Under the pieces are notes generated by a model, which worked only from the letters and a program-made list of their open reading frames with translations, had not been told where the DNA came from and did not search any database. From positions 248,001 through 312,000 of the forward strand of contig OZ241826.1 in the NCBI GenBank assembly GCA_965202585.1: a stretch of DNA of 64,000 nucleotides, given 5' to 3'. The stretch comes from Thalia democratica. Its lineage: Eukaryota. This document shows, in pieces, positions 52,001 through 59,039 of the stretch (its first letter is position 1; each line of letters begins with the position of its first letter). The position numbers and the translations under genes were made by a program.

Positions 52001-55000
52001 AACACCTCTAATTATTTAAACACGAATTACCTCAAAGTTAATTAAGAGCAACTTCGCAAATACACAAAAGAGCTTTTCAGCTTTATTGTATTACCTCTGC
52101 GCGCTGATAAATCCCATTTTAACACCGTAAGAAGCCGCAAATTAGCCCAGAAAATAATTTCTTCAGCAGGGTAGTTACCTAATTTTCTCAAATAACTTCC
52201 GAACTTACACCGGGATGATCTGTGTAAAGCTAATAAAGAAAATAATTAAACAACTCAGCTGAAAATGACTTAATGTGTTCACGCTTTTTTTTTAGACATT
52301 ACACACTATTTTAGAATGTTGAATGTCTTTAGTTACAATGAGTTAATCCGCAAAAGTAGTTTTTTAATGATCGCAATTAGAAGATTCCAGGTAAGTTTGT
52401 AATGAAATTAAAGTATATAAATTGGATCAGCAGTGAGTTAAGCTAATAAGTAATGTTATTAGGGTTTTCAACTTGAAATATGACATAATGTATTTTTGTA
52501 CTTTTGCGTTATATTTTAACAAAAACATCAAGATAAAATAAAAGAAGTATATATCTTTTTTAAAATTTTGAAAAGTTGTTTTTTGCAAATTGTTATTAGA
52601 TTTAACTTTTATAATTGAGTTTATAGTAGTTCAGCATTTTTGATATTTCTCTTAAGAGTATCATTTTTGTTTTATCAAAAAATGTTTTGAATTTGTTATT
52701 AAAAACACTACTCTTTATTATTCAAAGTTTTAAGAAAACTATAAGATTATATTACTTAAATATTTATTGAGAGTGTAAATTAGAATTAAGTATTTTATAA
52801 TGTTATGTTCAATTTGTACCATCTTGTTAAAATAAACAATTTTTTAAAAGCCTTTTATAAGAAGTATAACTTACTATTTATTACGAACAAATAAAACTAA
52901 CATCTTTAATGAAGCTGGCTTCAAGTTTTCTGTACGGTTTAGAAGCTGTATCGAAGTAGGCCTCCTTGAACTTTTGTTTGATGGTGACAGCAAAAAGACC
53001 TGAACGTTTTTCATTGTATAAACTATAATGAGAAAAAAAAGTTTGCAAAATAGATTATTGAAAACTGTTTCGTAATTGGTATTTAACAAAAGTTCACTAT
53101 AAAACTGTTTTTAATGCAGTTGTATTATTCTGATAAGCTTGAATATCAACAAAGTTAAGGTCTTCTAAAGTTTATGATAGTTTGTACGTTAAGTGAAAAA
53201 AGAAGTTAATACTCATACGTCAAGTGAAAATCATACAAAACTTGTCGAAATGTAATAAGTGTTAAGAAAACTGGATTTAACATATAAAAACTGGTTTTAA
53301 GATATATAGTAAAAGGTATGTACAAGTCTATAGGTACTTGGGACCAAAATTTTTAATTTTGACAAAACTCTTAAAAGTGTACTTTTTATAAAGATATTTA
53401 ACTGAAATAAAAACAAGCAATGATAACTGATTTGTCATTAAAATATTGTATACATAGTTGCTTATATAAAATAGAAATGTCATATCATCATTAAGCTGCA
53501 AAAAAACTATTTATATACATGGTTGACTTAAGTAAGTTTAAGTTTCATGAAAACAAAATATTAATAGTTTCACTGTCAAAAAGACAGGTACTGCTCTTTT
53601 TAGCAACTCGTTTCGGTTGAGTGATTTTTGTTTTGATTCAATTTAATTTCTGTTGTGCATTTCACGCTTGAACAAGCATGAACAAAAGTGAACCTTTTTG
53701 ACTTATGAATTTTTATACCGAAACTTGTAATAACTATAAAAATATTGTAAATTTCTAAAACATTAAGTCTGTAAGTTAGGTCTCTTTTTTATTAGTCAAA
53801 ACTAAAATTCTTTAAAGTTTGTAAACATAATTTTGCTTCGTAAAAATTTTGTAAAATAGAAATAAATAAAATAAAAAGACTCACCCTCTGGAGTATTGTC
53901 GTCCTGTAAAAATTGTTGTATTAATAAATATTACAAATAGAAAGTTTATTTAATAACTACTAAATAAACAAATTAACTTTCTAAATTTTAAAATTAGATA
54001 TGCTTTTATTTTACATATAAGATTGCTTGTTTACTTATAGGCTAACTGATGATATAATGCTTATAACTTATAGTATAAAGATATTTTATGGTCAATATAA
54101 ACGTTTTCTGAGAACAAGCTAAGTTAGGTTAACGAAACTTGTGGTCTGATGATCGAATTGGCATGATCAACCCTTTTGTTAAGTTAGGTTACTTAAAACA
54201 GTAAAGTAATTTAGATTTCACAACATAATTTATACTTTACAGAACACTGAATTAGCATTACATTATTTTCAGCTATTCAATAGCAAACTAATCATACAAC
54301 AATGTTTATTAATGAACTTCTTGCTTATAAACTTTTACAAATAAAACTAAATTCAGGGCATCAAACAAAGTTGTGCTAAACTAAGACTGTGCAAAATTTT
54401 TATTTACATTCATGCATATAACTTAAACAATATAACTGTCTTAAAAACGTTCGATGTTATTAAATCAGTATGAAATAAGGGTAATTGACATGACAACATG
54501 ACAATATAATATGACGTCACAATGTAAGTATAAAAACACTAGGATAATATTGATATCACAATATAGTATGACGTCATAATATGACGTCACAATATAACTA
54601 TAAAACACACTAGGATAATATTGATATCACAATACACAATGACTGTATGATATTACGTCACATTGATATATGTCGTATACATACTATGACGTCACTAACC
54701 CCGCTACCGGACCCGTCGTACACGTCAGGGTTGTATACGTCAGGGTACTCGTACCCGTCCCCATATTCCCCCCCGTAGTTGTTGGTGTACCCGTAATCTA
54801 TGGGGCTCGACTCGCCGTATTCGCCCCCGTAATCGTAATTATCCGGGTATTCCCCGTCATCGGTAACAGGATTGAAACCTGGTGAGCATTTTAATTTAAA
54901 TCCCTGTCTTTTGTTGTTAATGCAGAAAACAAGTAAAATATTTATTGTTCATATTAATAATGTCAACACATTAAACATACGGTTTAGCTGTGTGAAAACA

Positions 55001-58000
55001 CCTTTGTTGCCAGCAATTGGTTTATCCTAACTGCTTAACACTTTAACATGTTCACATTGTAAATAACATATACATGTAGCAACATATGATTTTACCATTG
55101 CTGTCTGGGTAGTCCTCATAATCCTCATAGTCATCAGGGTAATCCTCGTACTCTTCGGAGTAGCCGTTATCGTACTTGTTGTAGTCGTACCCTCCATTGG
55201 ACGCACCGTCGTTGTAACCCCCTCCGTATCCCCCCGCGTAATCGTAGTCCCCTCCGTCGTAACTATAATCGTAATTCCCGTCGTATCCGTCTGTGTATAT
55301 GCGAGTTTTTATTTGTAGTTTGTCTTCTGTTGAAAAAAAATTAACGTACACAAAAAATGCGTGCAACTGACAACAGAGACTTGTATTTGATTGGTTAATA
55401 AATTATGTACTTGTATTTGATTGGTTAATAAATTATGTGCTTGTACCGAGCGGGGTAATTTAGTCGAATTAAATTCTTGTGATGTGGAGAGTTTTGAAAG
55501 TAGTATTTGTTGTATGATAGCTGTATTAGGCGTCGTAATTCATAACAAAACTGCTTCTTTTATGTTTTTACTTTTTGTAAGCAAAAGAACTGTTACAATC
55601 CAAAGTTGACTTATACAATTGTTTCAAATAAAAAAGTAGTATTAATAGTTTACTTATTTTAGTTTATTAGAACTAATACTTCTTAAACTTCTCAAAAAGG
55701 GTTTAAAGAGTTCAGACAAATTGTTCAGTTGGTAAGTAAACTGGATAAGTCGTACTTACTATATGTATTTCTATTTTTGATTCAAACCGTATAAAATAAT
55801 TTAAAGTTGTGTTGAACTCGTAAAAGTTCATTGGTGCAAACTTGCAATGTACAACTAAAACAAGGCATTGTGTTCAAAAATGCAGAAAACAGTGTTTTAA
55901 AGTTATATTTGTTTAAAAGTTTATGAAAATAATGTGCGTGCAAAGTAAACACTTGAAAGATAAAATAACTGCACAAAAGTTTCTCAGAATTTTCAGAAGA
56001 TTTGCATTAAAATTTGTTGACACATCAAACTTGTGTTGAGACTTTAAAGTAATAAAAATCTTGTGCCCCTCATAAGTTAAGCTGGTTGAAGTTGTGAAAA
56101 AGAACTTTGATAAAAAAAATATTTTATAATGACAGACTATTTTTTTATTAATATTTAAGAAGACGCATCAGTTTTACTAAAAAATAAAGTTTAGTAAAAA
56201 TTACTGGAACCCAAGTCTTACAGCGTTATTTTATCTTAAGTTAGAACTCAAACCAGAGTTTTATAAAACAAAAGTTTTCAAAACCTCACACAAAGCCAGA
56301 AGTCAAACCAAAATGGTAAAAAAGTCAATTCCTGCCTATTGTTTGTGATTTCAAACAAGACGCCGGCTTGGTCAAGTAAACAGAAAATAATTTTAAGAAT
56401 CCAAACAAAGAAATTCTTCATTGTGTTGAGCAAGCGGAGCGGAAAAGAATCTTTCATCTTTTGTGGAGAGTTTCGGAGAGATTTGTCGAAAATCCAACGA
56501 ACAAATCTTTTCTTTTGTCACACCGTCTCCCACCTACTACAACTCCACGCTTGACTGATTCACGTTGTGGCTGTGAGTGACGTCACAAAGAAGCCATCTA
56601 CCGGCTTCTGTTGGCTTTTGAAGTGTCTTGGTTTTATTGTTAACTCCACATCTCCTATCCCCCCATAACCTCATATTGTCTTCCCCACATTCCTGTACTT
56701 ACTTCTGTCACCCCATGCCTTCTCCTTTTGCGTGGCTTTTAAGCCGGTTTGTTTTTGAGATTTTACTGGTTGAAGTGCAAACATTTCGCTCTTTTCATGC
56801 TTGCAAGAAACTTTTTGCAGCTTTTAAAAAAACTTTGTTTTTTTAAAGAAACTTTTCGCAGCTTGCAAACTAGCTGTAAAAGTCTTTTATTTTTGCAATT
56901 TATTATTCATTTAAATGTTTTATTACCTTTTTCAATGGAAAAACTAGACTCTTTTCAAATTATGTTAAAAAATAATCAGTTTAGATTTAATCTCTTTAAT
57001 TGTGGCTACAAACGACCAACTTCAATGTTTGTTGATGATGTTTGAAAAATTTTTTGAAAAATGTTTGAACAAGGACCGTTTGTTCTTAAAACAGAGCTAA
57101 AACTAAACAGGGCTTAAAAAACCAAAAAAGACTAAGAATAAAGAGTAAGATACTTGAATGTAAATTAAATTAATGATTGTTTTTTAAAATATTTATTTTT
57201 TACTTTTTATTAAAAGATAAACATGAATATTTTTTAGATGTACAAGTAGCTACGGTAAAAGTTCCATAAAAAGTATATTTATTTTCAAATCAAAACGATT
57301 TGTCAACGGAAAATAAAAAGATAGAGAAAAATGTAGAAAAACTTCTGACTGGATGTACTTTCATTGCAATTTAAGCCTTGAAACCAGCGATGTGTGACGA
57401 AACAGGGCACAAAGTTCATTAAAGTGATCGGTAGAGCTAGTTAATACTTTTGTTAAGTAAACAAAATACTTCGATTAATCTTAAATGTCTAGACCTGGTT
57501 GATTGATCATTTTGTATTAAACCTTTCTATGGGATAGTTTTGTGTGTTTTCAAATTTTATGGTTATAAAATTTAAATGGCATTAATTTTTTACGATTTTG
57601 AAAAGTTAGTTATGTTTCAAAGTTTGTATTAGTAGATAGAATCAATACTGTTAAAGCTTTACTTTGAAAATATAGGTTTTAGTTTTACAATTAAATATTA
57701 AACATTTTTTTATAGGTGTTTTATTATCATTAGGTTATGGACTTGAGTATTAAGTTAAACACTTCAAATAATCATTTCAATATTTTCAAAATTCTATTAA
57801 TTTTAATAGACAAAACACAAAACTGAATTTTTTAAGTAAAGTTTTTAAGTAATTTTCATAATTACCTTATTCAGCTGTTAAGCTTATAAAAAACTAAGAT
57901 AAAACAGATAGGAAACTTAAAGTTTTTAGTTTAGAAACTACAAAAAATCTAGAAAAAAACTAACTTGCAGTAATTTACAACTTAAAGTTTATATTTGTCA

Positions 58001-59039
58001 AATTATATATGTTAACTTTAAGTTTAAGTTCATATTTATATTTAATTTTATTCATTAAAATAAGTGTATACACCAATACAAGCGAGACAAGTAAATTAAA
58101 AGCCGTCTAATGACCTCAAAAATGGGGGTATTATTTCATGTTTATCTTGTAATTGTTAATTTATTATTTTCAAAAACTTTTTCATCGTGTCTAGACGTCT
58201 TAAAATGCATTATAACATAAACAGCCGTAAAGTTAATGAAATTTTGAGGCGTAAAGTAAATTAAATTACACTTTAACAAAGCATTAGCACTTTTTAGTTA
58301 ACAGAAAATATTTCATATAATTTTAATCAAGCCCTAAATACCGTTACGAATATTACTGAAATTTTTTCTAGTGTTTACAAAATGAAAAGTATTTGATCTT
58401 TGTGTACACTTAAATGCAATTATTAAAATTTAACATATGCTTTTAAATATTAATTAATTAAGTATAAGACTCAGGTGCAATTTTTTTCTAATTAATTTTT
58501 GATGTATGAAGAAAAGACATTGTTAATAAAAAAAACTGTCTTTATACGATTACAATATAGTTAAAACACTGACTGTAATGTTAAAAAAGAGAAATACTAC
58601 TTAAAGTCATTTTTTTATAAATTTTTTTTGGTATTTGTTAACAAAATTAATCGTGTAGCCTACATTAGTAATTGCCTAGTTGACCAAATATACTTCTTTA
58701 GTAAATTAACATTTTTGATTGTGCTTTTTTTTGAATATCTTTATGTAGAATATAATAAGTTAGACACAATCAATTAAATTTATCATAAATAACATATATT
58801 GAAAGAAACAGATTATTTATTTATCAAATTGGTGTTTAAGATGTTTAATAATAATAAACATTAAAATGATATATAAATTTTACAACTCTTAAATTCGTTC
58901 AACGTAAATTTTGTTGAAACGAGTAAGACAATTATTTATAAGTAATAAAATTAATTCAAAAAAAAAAAAAAACAAACAAACCGTCTTGGCAAGTCGCAAT
59001 GCCGACAAGCAACAGGACAAGCAAGCATCTCAGCACCAT
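6899..59039 (-). CDS. Complete 48-exon gene for a ~2308-aa secreted modular ECM/adhesion protein: SP - Tyr/Asp/Gly-rich - SG site - SEAx2 - CCPx2 - TSR-like x34 - vWA
   Basis: complement(join(6899..7051,7472..7602,10643..10865,11136..11224,11512..11580,12165..12302,12801..12938,13239..13373,13751..13888,14271..14408,16995..17132,17354..17491,17645..17782,18135..18269,18421..18561,18783..18929,19838..19975,20242..20391,20696..20833,21040..21174,22358..22492,22648..22782,22981..23256,25493..25627,25706..25840,26303..26437,27433..27567,27904..28038,31460..31594,31864..32136,32571..32708,34504..34638,34923..35060,35462..35530,35725..35797,36157..36437,37678..37815,42859..43059,46960..47160,48787..48879,49504..49663,50536..50681,50968..51193,52902..52999,53885..53903,54700..54878,55096..55290,58982..59039))). 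Every intron is GT-AG, phases are compatible, the total of 6927 nt is divisible by 3, and there are no internal stops. Extra exons hidden in long introns cannot be excluded. Confidence 0.88.
7472..7602 (-). CDS. Exon 47: vWA domain (TDG motif)
   Basis: [44 protein letters not shown] matches G.RP..PKV.I.LTDG.....A..LR..GI; AATCAG / GTTCGA. Confidence 0.88.
10643..10865 (-). CDS. Exon 46: vWA domain middle
   Basis: [74 protein letters not shown] follows the vWA pattern GP..T.V.VVQF...F.L..Y....L..AI..I.Y.GG.T.TG.AL. Confidence 0.9.
11136..11224 (-). CDS. Exon 45: vWA domain start with MIDAS DxSxS
   Basis: [30 protein letters not shown]; TTTTAG / GTAAGT. Confidence 0.9.
11512..11580 (-). CDS. 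Exon 44: final TSR Cys plus linker
   Basis: [23 protein letters not shown]; TTTACAG / GTTTTT; 69 nt, phase 1-1. Confidence 0.75.
11682..11824. mobile_element. Palindromic MITE/foldback-like element in intron 43
   Basis: ~49-bp arms AATATATTTATTCTTTCAAAAATTTATTTTACAAACTAAGTTTTGGTCA and its reverse complement (about 3 mismatches); central hairpin TTCGGTCAAAG-A-CTTTGACCGAA; a related fragment occurs at ~49730-49760. Confidence 0.55.
11981..12204. repeat. ~95-bp tandem triplication of the exon 43 3' end and donor
   Basis: GTAACCTTCTTCATTAGAAGC at 12065 and 12160, with a third decayed copy at ~11981; AT-rich spacers are shared. Confidence 0.85.
12165..12302 (-). CDS. Exon 43: TSR-like module 34
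   Basis: [45 protein letters not shown]; phase 1-1. Confidence 0.88.
12801..12938 (-). CDS. Exon 42: TSR-like module 33
   Basis: [45 protein letters not shown]; phase 1-1. Confidence 0.88.
13239..13373 (-). CDS. Exon 41: TSR-like module 32
   Basis: [44 protein letters not shown]; phase 1-1. Confidence 0.9.
13751..13888 (-). CDS. Exon 40: TSR-like module 31
   Basis: [45 protein letters not shown]; phase 1-1. Confidence 0.9.
14271..14408 (-). CDS. Exon 39: TSR-like module 30
   Basis: [45 protein letters not shown]; phase 1-1. Confidence 0.9.
16872..17022. repeat. Partial duplication of the exon 38 3' end and donor
   Basis: ACAAACCTTCCTGTTTGACATCAAG (~16880) versus ACAAACCTTCCTGCTTGACATCAAG (16989). 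Confidence 0.8.
16995..17132 (-). CDS. Exon 38: TSR-like module 29
   Basis: [45 protein letters not shown]; phase 1-1. Confidence 0.9.
17354..17491 (-). CDS. Exon 37: TSR-like module 28
   Basis: [45 protein letters not shown]; phase 1-1. Confidence 0.9.
17645..17782 (-). CDS. Exon 36: TSR-like module 27
   Basis: [45 protein letters not shown]; weak donor GTCTAA. Confidence 0.88.
18135..18269 (-). CDS. Exon 35: TSR-like module 26
   Basis: [44 protein letters not shown]; phase 1-1. Confidence 0.9.
18421..18561 (-). CDS. Exon 34: TSR-like module 25
   Basis: [46 protein letters not shown]; phase 1-1. Confidence 0.88.
18783..18929 (-). CDS. Exon 33: TSR-like module 24
   Basis: [48 protein letters not shown]; its acceptor is the last unit of a minisatellite; donor GTAAGT. 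Confidence 0.87.
18920..19672. repeat. Minisatellite of ~17 units (42-52 bp), each carrying the exon 33 splice acceptor
   Basis: Unit GGTGTGCACTCTGTTTGAGTAAAATA..., which on the sense strand reads TTTTACTCAAACAG|AGTGCACACC; 44-bp subarray near the exon, mostly 48-bp units distally. Confidence 0.95.
19838..19975 (-). CDS. Exon 32: TSR-like module 23
   Basis: [45 protein letters not shown]; phase 1-1. Confidence 0.9.
20242..20391 (-). CDS. Exon 31: TSR-like module 22
   Basis: [49 protein letters not shown]; phase 1-1. Confidence 0.9.
20696..20833 (-). CDS. Exon 30: TSR-like module 21
   Basis: [45 protein letters not shown]; phase 1-1. Confidence 0.9.
21040..21174 (-). CDS. Exon 29: TSR-like module 20
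   Basis: [44 protein letters not shown]; phase 1-1. Confidence 0.9.
22358..22492 (-). CDS. Exon 28: TSR-like module 19
   Basis: [44 protein letters not shown]; phase 1-1. Confidence 0.9.
22648..22782 (-). CDS. Exon 27: TSR-like module 18
   Basis: [44 protein letters not shown]; phase 1-1. Confidence 0.9.
22981..23256 (-). CDS. Exon 26: TSR-like modules 16-17 (double exon)
   Basis: [91 protein letters not shown]; 276 nt, phase 1-1. Confidence 0.9.
25493..25627 (-). CDS. Exon 25: TSR-like module 15
   Basis: [44 protein letters not shown]; phase 1-1. Confidence 0.9.
25706..25840 (-). CDS. Exon 24: TSR-like module 14
   Basis: [44 protein letters not shown]; phase 1-1. Confidence 0.9.
25889..25914. 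repeat. Partial duplicate of the exon 24 acceptor and first codons
   Basis: ATCCTACTTCGCAATCAACGCAATCT versus exon ATCCTACTTCGCAATCGATGCAATCT. Confidence 0.8.
26303..26437 (-). CDS. Exon 23: TSR-like module 13
   Basis: [44 protein letters not shown]; phase 1-1. Confidence 0.9.
27433..27567 (-). CDS. Exon 22: TSR-like module 12
   Basis: [44 protein letters not shown]; phase 1-1. Confidence 0.9.
27904..28038 (-). CDS. Exon 21: TSR-like module 11
   Basis: [44 protein letters not shown]; phase 1-1. Confidence 0.9.
28095..28140. repeat. Partial duplicate of the exon 21 acceptor and first ~12 codons (93-bp offset)
   Basis: TTCCATTCTTCCCAATCAACCTTGCAGTCAATATATACTGTGAATA versus 28002-28047, 3 mismatches; the copy reads [12 protein letters not shown]. 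Confidence 0.85.
31460..31594 (-). CDS. Exon 20: TSR-like module 10
   Basis: [44 protein letters not shown]; phase 1-1. Confidence 0.9.
31864..32136 (-). CDS. Exon 19: TSR-like modules 8-9 (double exon)
   Basis: [90 protein letters not shown]; 273 nt, phase 1-1. Confidence 0.9.
32571..32708 (-). CDS. Exon 18: TSR-like module 7
   Basis: [45 protein letters not shown]; phase 1-1. Confidence 0.9.
34504..34638 (-). CDS. Exon 17: TSR-like module 6
   Basis: [44 protein letters not shown]; phase 1-1. Confidence 0.9.
34923..35060 (-). CDS. Exon 16: TSR-like module 5
   Basis: [45 protein letters not shown]; phase 1-1. Confidence 0.9.
35462..35530 (-). CDS. Exon 15: TSR-like module 4, C-half
   Basis: [23 protein letters not shown]; TTTTCAG / GTAAGA. 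Confidence 0.8.
35725..35797 (-). CDS. Exon 14: TSR-like module 4, N-half
   Basis: [24 protein letters not shown]; TTCACAG / GTAAGT; phase 0 to phase 1. Confidence 0.8.
36157..36437 (-). CDS. Exon 13: TSR-like modules 2-3 (double exon)
   Basis: [93 protein letters not shown]; phase 1 to phase 0. Confidence 0.88.
37678..37815 (-). CDS. Exon 12: TSR-like module 1
   Basis: [46 protein letters not shown]; canonical PVDC start; GTCACAG / GTTTGT. Confidence 0.9.
42859..43059 (-). CDS. Exon 11: CCP/sushi module 2
   Basis: [66 protein letters not shown]; phase 1-1, 201 nt. Confidence 0.92.
46960..47160 (-). CDS. Exon 10: CCP/sushi module 1 (six-Cys type)
   Basis: [56 protein letters not shown] matches C..P.NG...C...G..C...C..GY.L.G....C...G.WS..P.C; phase 1-1, 201 nt. 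Confidence 0.92.
48171..48300. promoter_or_regulatory. Promoter/enhancer-like motif cluster in intron 9
   Basis: AAAATGGC (YY1-like) 48171; CCAATCA 48210 and CCAAT 48220; TTTTCCCGCCA (E2F-like) 48229; CCACGTGG (E-box) 48285. Confidence 0.35.
48787..48879 (-). CDS. Exon 9: acidic/Pro linker
   Basis: [31 protein letters not shown]; TTTCAG / GTTAGT; phase 1-1. Confidence 0.75.
49504..49663 (-). CDS. Exon 8: SEA-like domain 2, C-half
   Basis: [53 protein letters not shown]; ACACAG / GTGAGT. Confidence 0.75.
50306..50531. repeat. 15-bp minisatellite (consensus GAAGTGCGTACTTGA), about 15 copies, abutting the exon 7 donor
   Basis: Directly visible tandem variants; explains ORFs 50195-50461 and 50268-50534. 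Confidence 0.9.
50536..50681 (-). CDS. Exon 7: SEA-like domain 2, N-half
   Basis: [49 protein letters not shown]; ATAG / GTTAGT. Confidence 0.75.
50895..50986. repeat. 46-bp tandem duplication spanning the exon 6 donor
   Basis: TACAATACGTGTATATTGAAGTTCAACCTTCAACAAAAGT(C/G)ACGAC twice. Confidence 0.9.
50968..51193 (-). CDS. Exon 6: SEA-like domain 1, C-half
   Basis: [75 protein letters not shown]; FEPG resembles SEA FRPG; GC-rich codons; CCAACAG / GTTGAA. Confidence 0.78.
52902..52999 (-). CDS. Exon 5: SEA-like domain 1, N-half
   Basis: [33 protein letters not shown] resembles the SEA pattern F-x-I...F...L/Y-x-D-x-x-S-x-x-Y/F-x-x-L; GTTCAG / GTTAGT. Confidence 0.72.
53885..53903 (-). CDS. 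Exon 4: 19-nt micro-exon (DDNTPE)
   Basis: TTTTACAG|GACGACAATACTCCAGAGG|GTGAGT; needed to bridge phase-0 exon 3 to phase-1 exon 5. Confidence 0.8.
54511..54694. promoter_or_regulatory. Cluster of four TGACGTCA (CRE-type) motifs within a ~70-bp direct repeat, intron 3
   Basis: Exact motifs at 54512, 54569, 54582 and 54687, plus TTACGTCA at ~54653; the segment TAAAA..CACTAGGATAATATTGATATCACAATA occurs twice. Confidence 0.5.
54700..54878 (-). CDS. Exon 3: Tyr/acidic region ending in DGSGSG
   Basis: [60 protein letters not shown]; acceptor CACCAG, phase-0 donor GTTAGT. Confidence 0.85.
55096..55290 (-). CDS. Exon 2: Tyr/Asp/Gly-rich low-complexity region
   Basis: [65 protein letters not shown]; acceptor ACACAG (an in-frame alternative TTCAACAG would start the exon at 55326); donor GTAAAA. 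Confidence 0.8.
55379..55445. repeat. 30-bp tandem duplication in intron 1
   Basis: ACTTGTATTTGATTGGTTAATAAATTATGT twice plus a partial copy. Confidence 0.85.
58982..59039 (-). CDS. Exon 1: start codon and signal peptide
   Basis: ACA-ATG-G Kozak context; [17 protein letters not shown]|QD has a basic residue, a hydrophobic core and small residues at -3/-1; phase-1 donor GTTTGT. Confidence 0.85.

Noticed and set aside
55291-55326. Longer exon 2 from the TTTTTCAACAG acceptor (adds [12 protein letters not shown])
   Set aside because: Not excluded, since it is in frame. I preferred the shorter form because the 36 nt are AT-rich and unlike the rest of the exon; RNA-seq is needed.
55440-55570. Tyr-containing open stretch ([20 protein letters not shown]...) as an extra exon in intron 1
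   Set aside because: Its donor (GTACAA) gives phase 2 or 0, which is incompatible with phase-1 exon 2.
6899-59039. Assigning a known symbol (SSPO, THSD7, SVEP1, HSPG2, SPON1)
   Set aside because: Each shares some modules, but none has this domain order or the four-Cys repeats; orthology cannot be claimed without a search.
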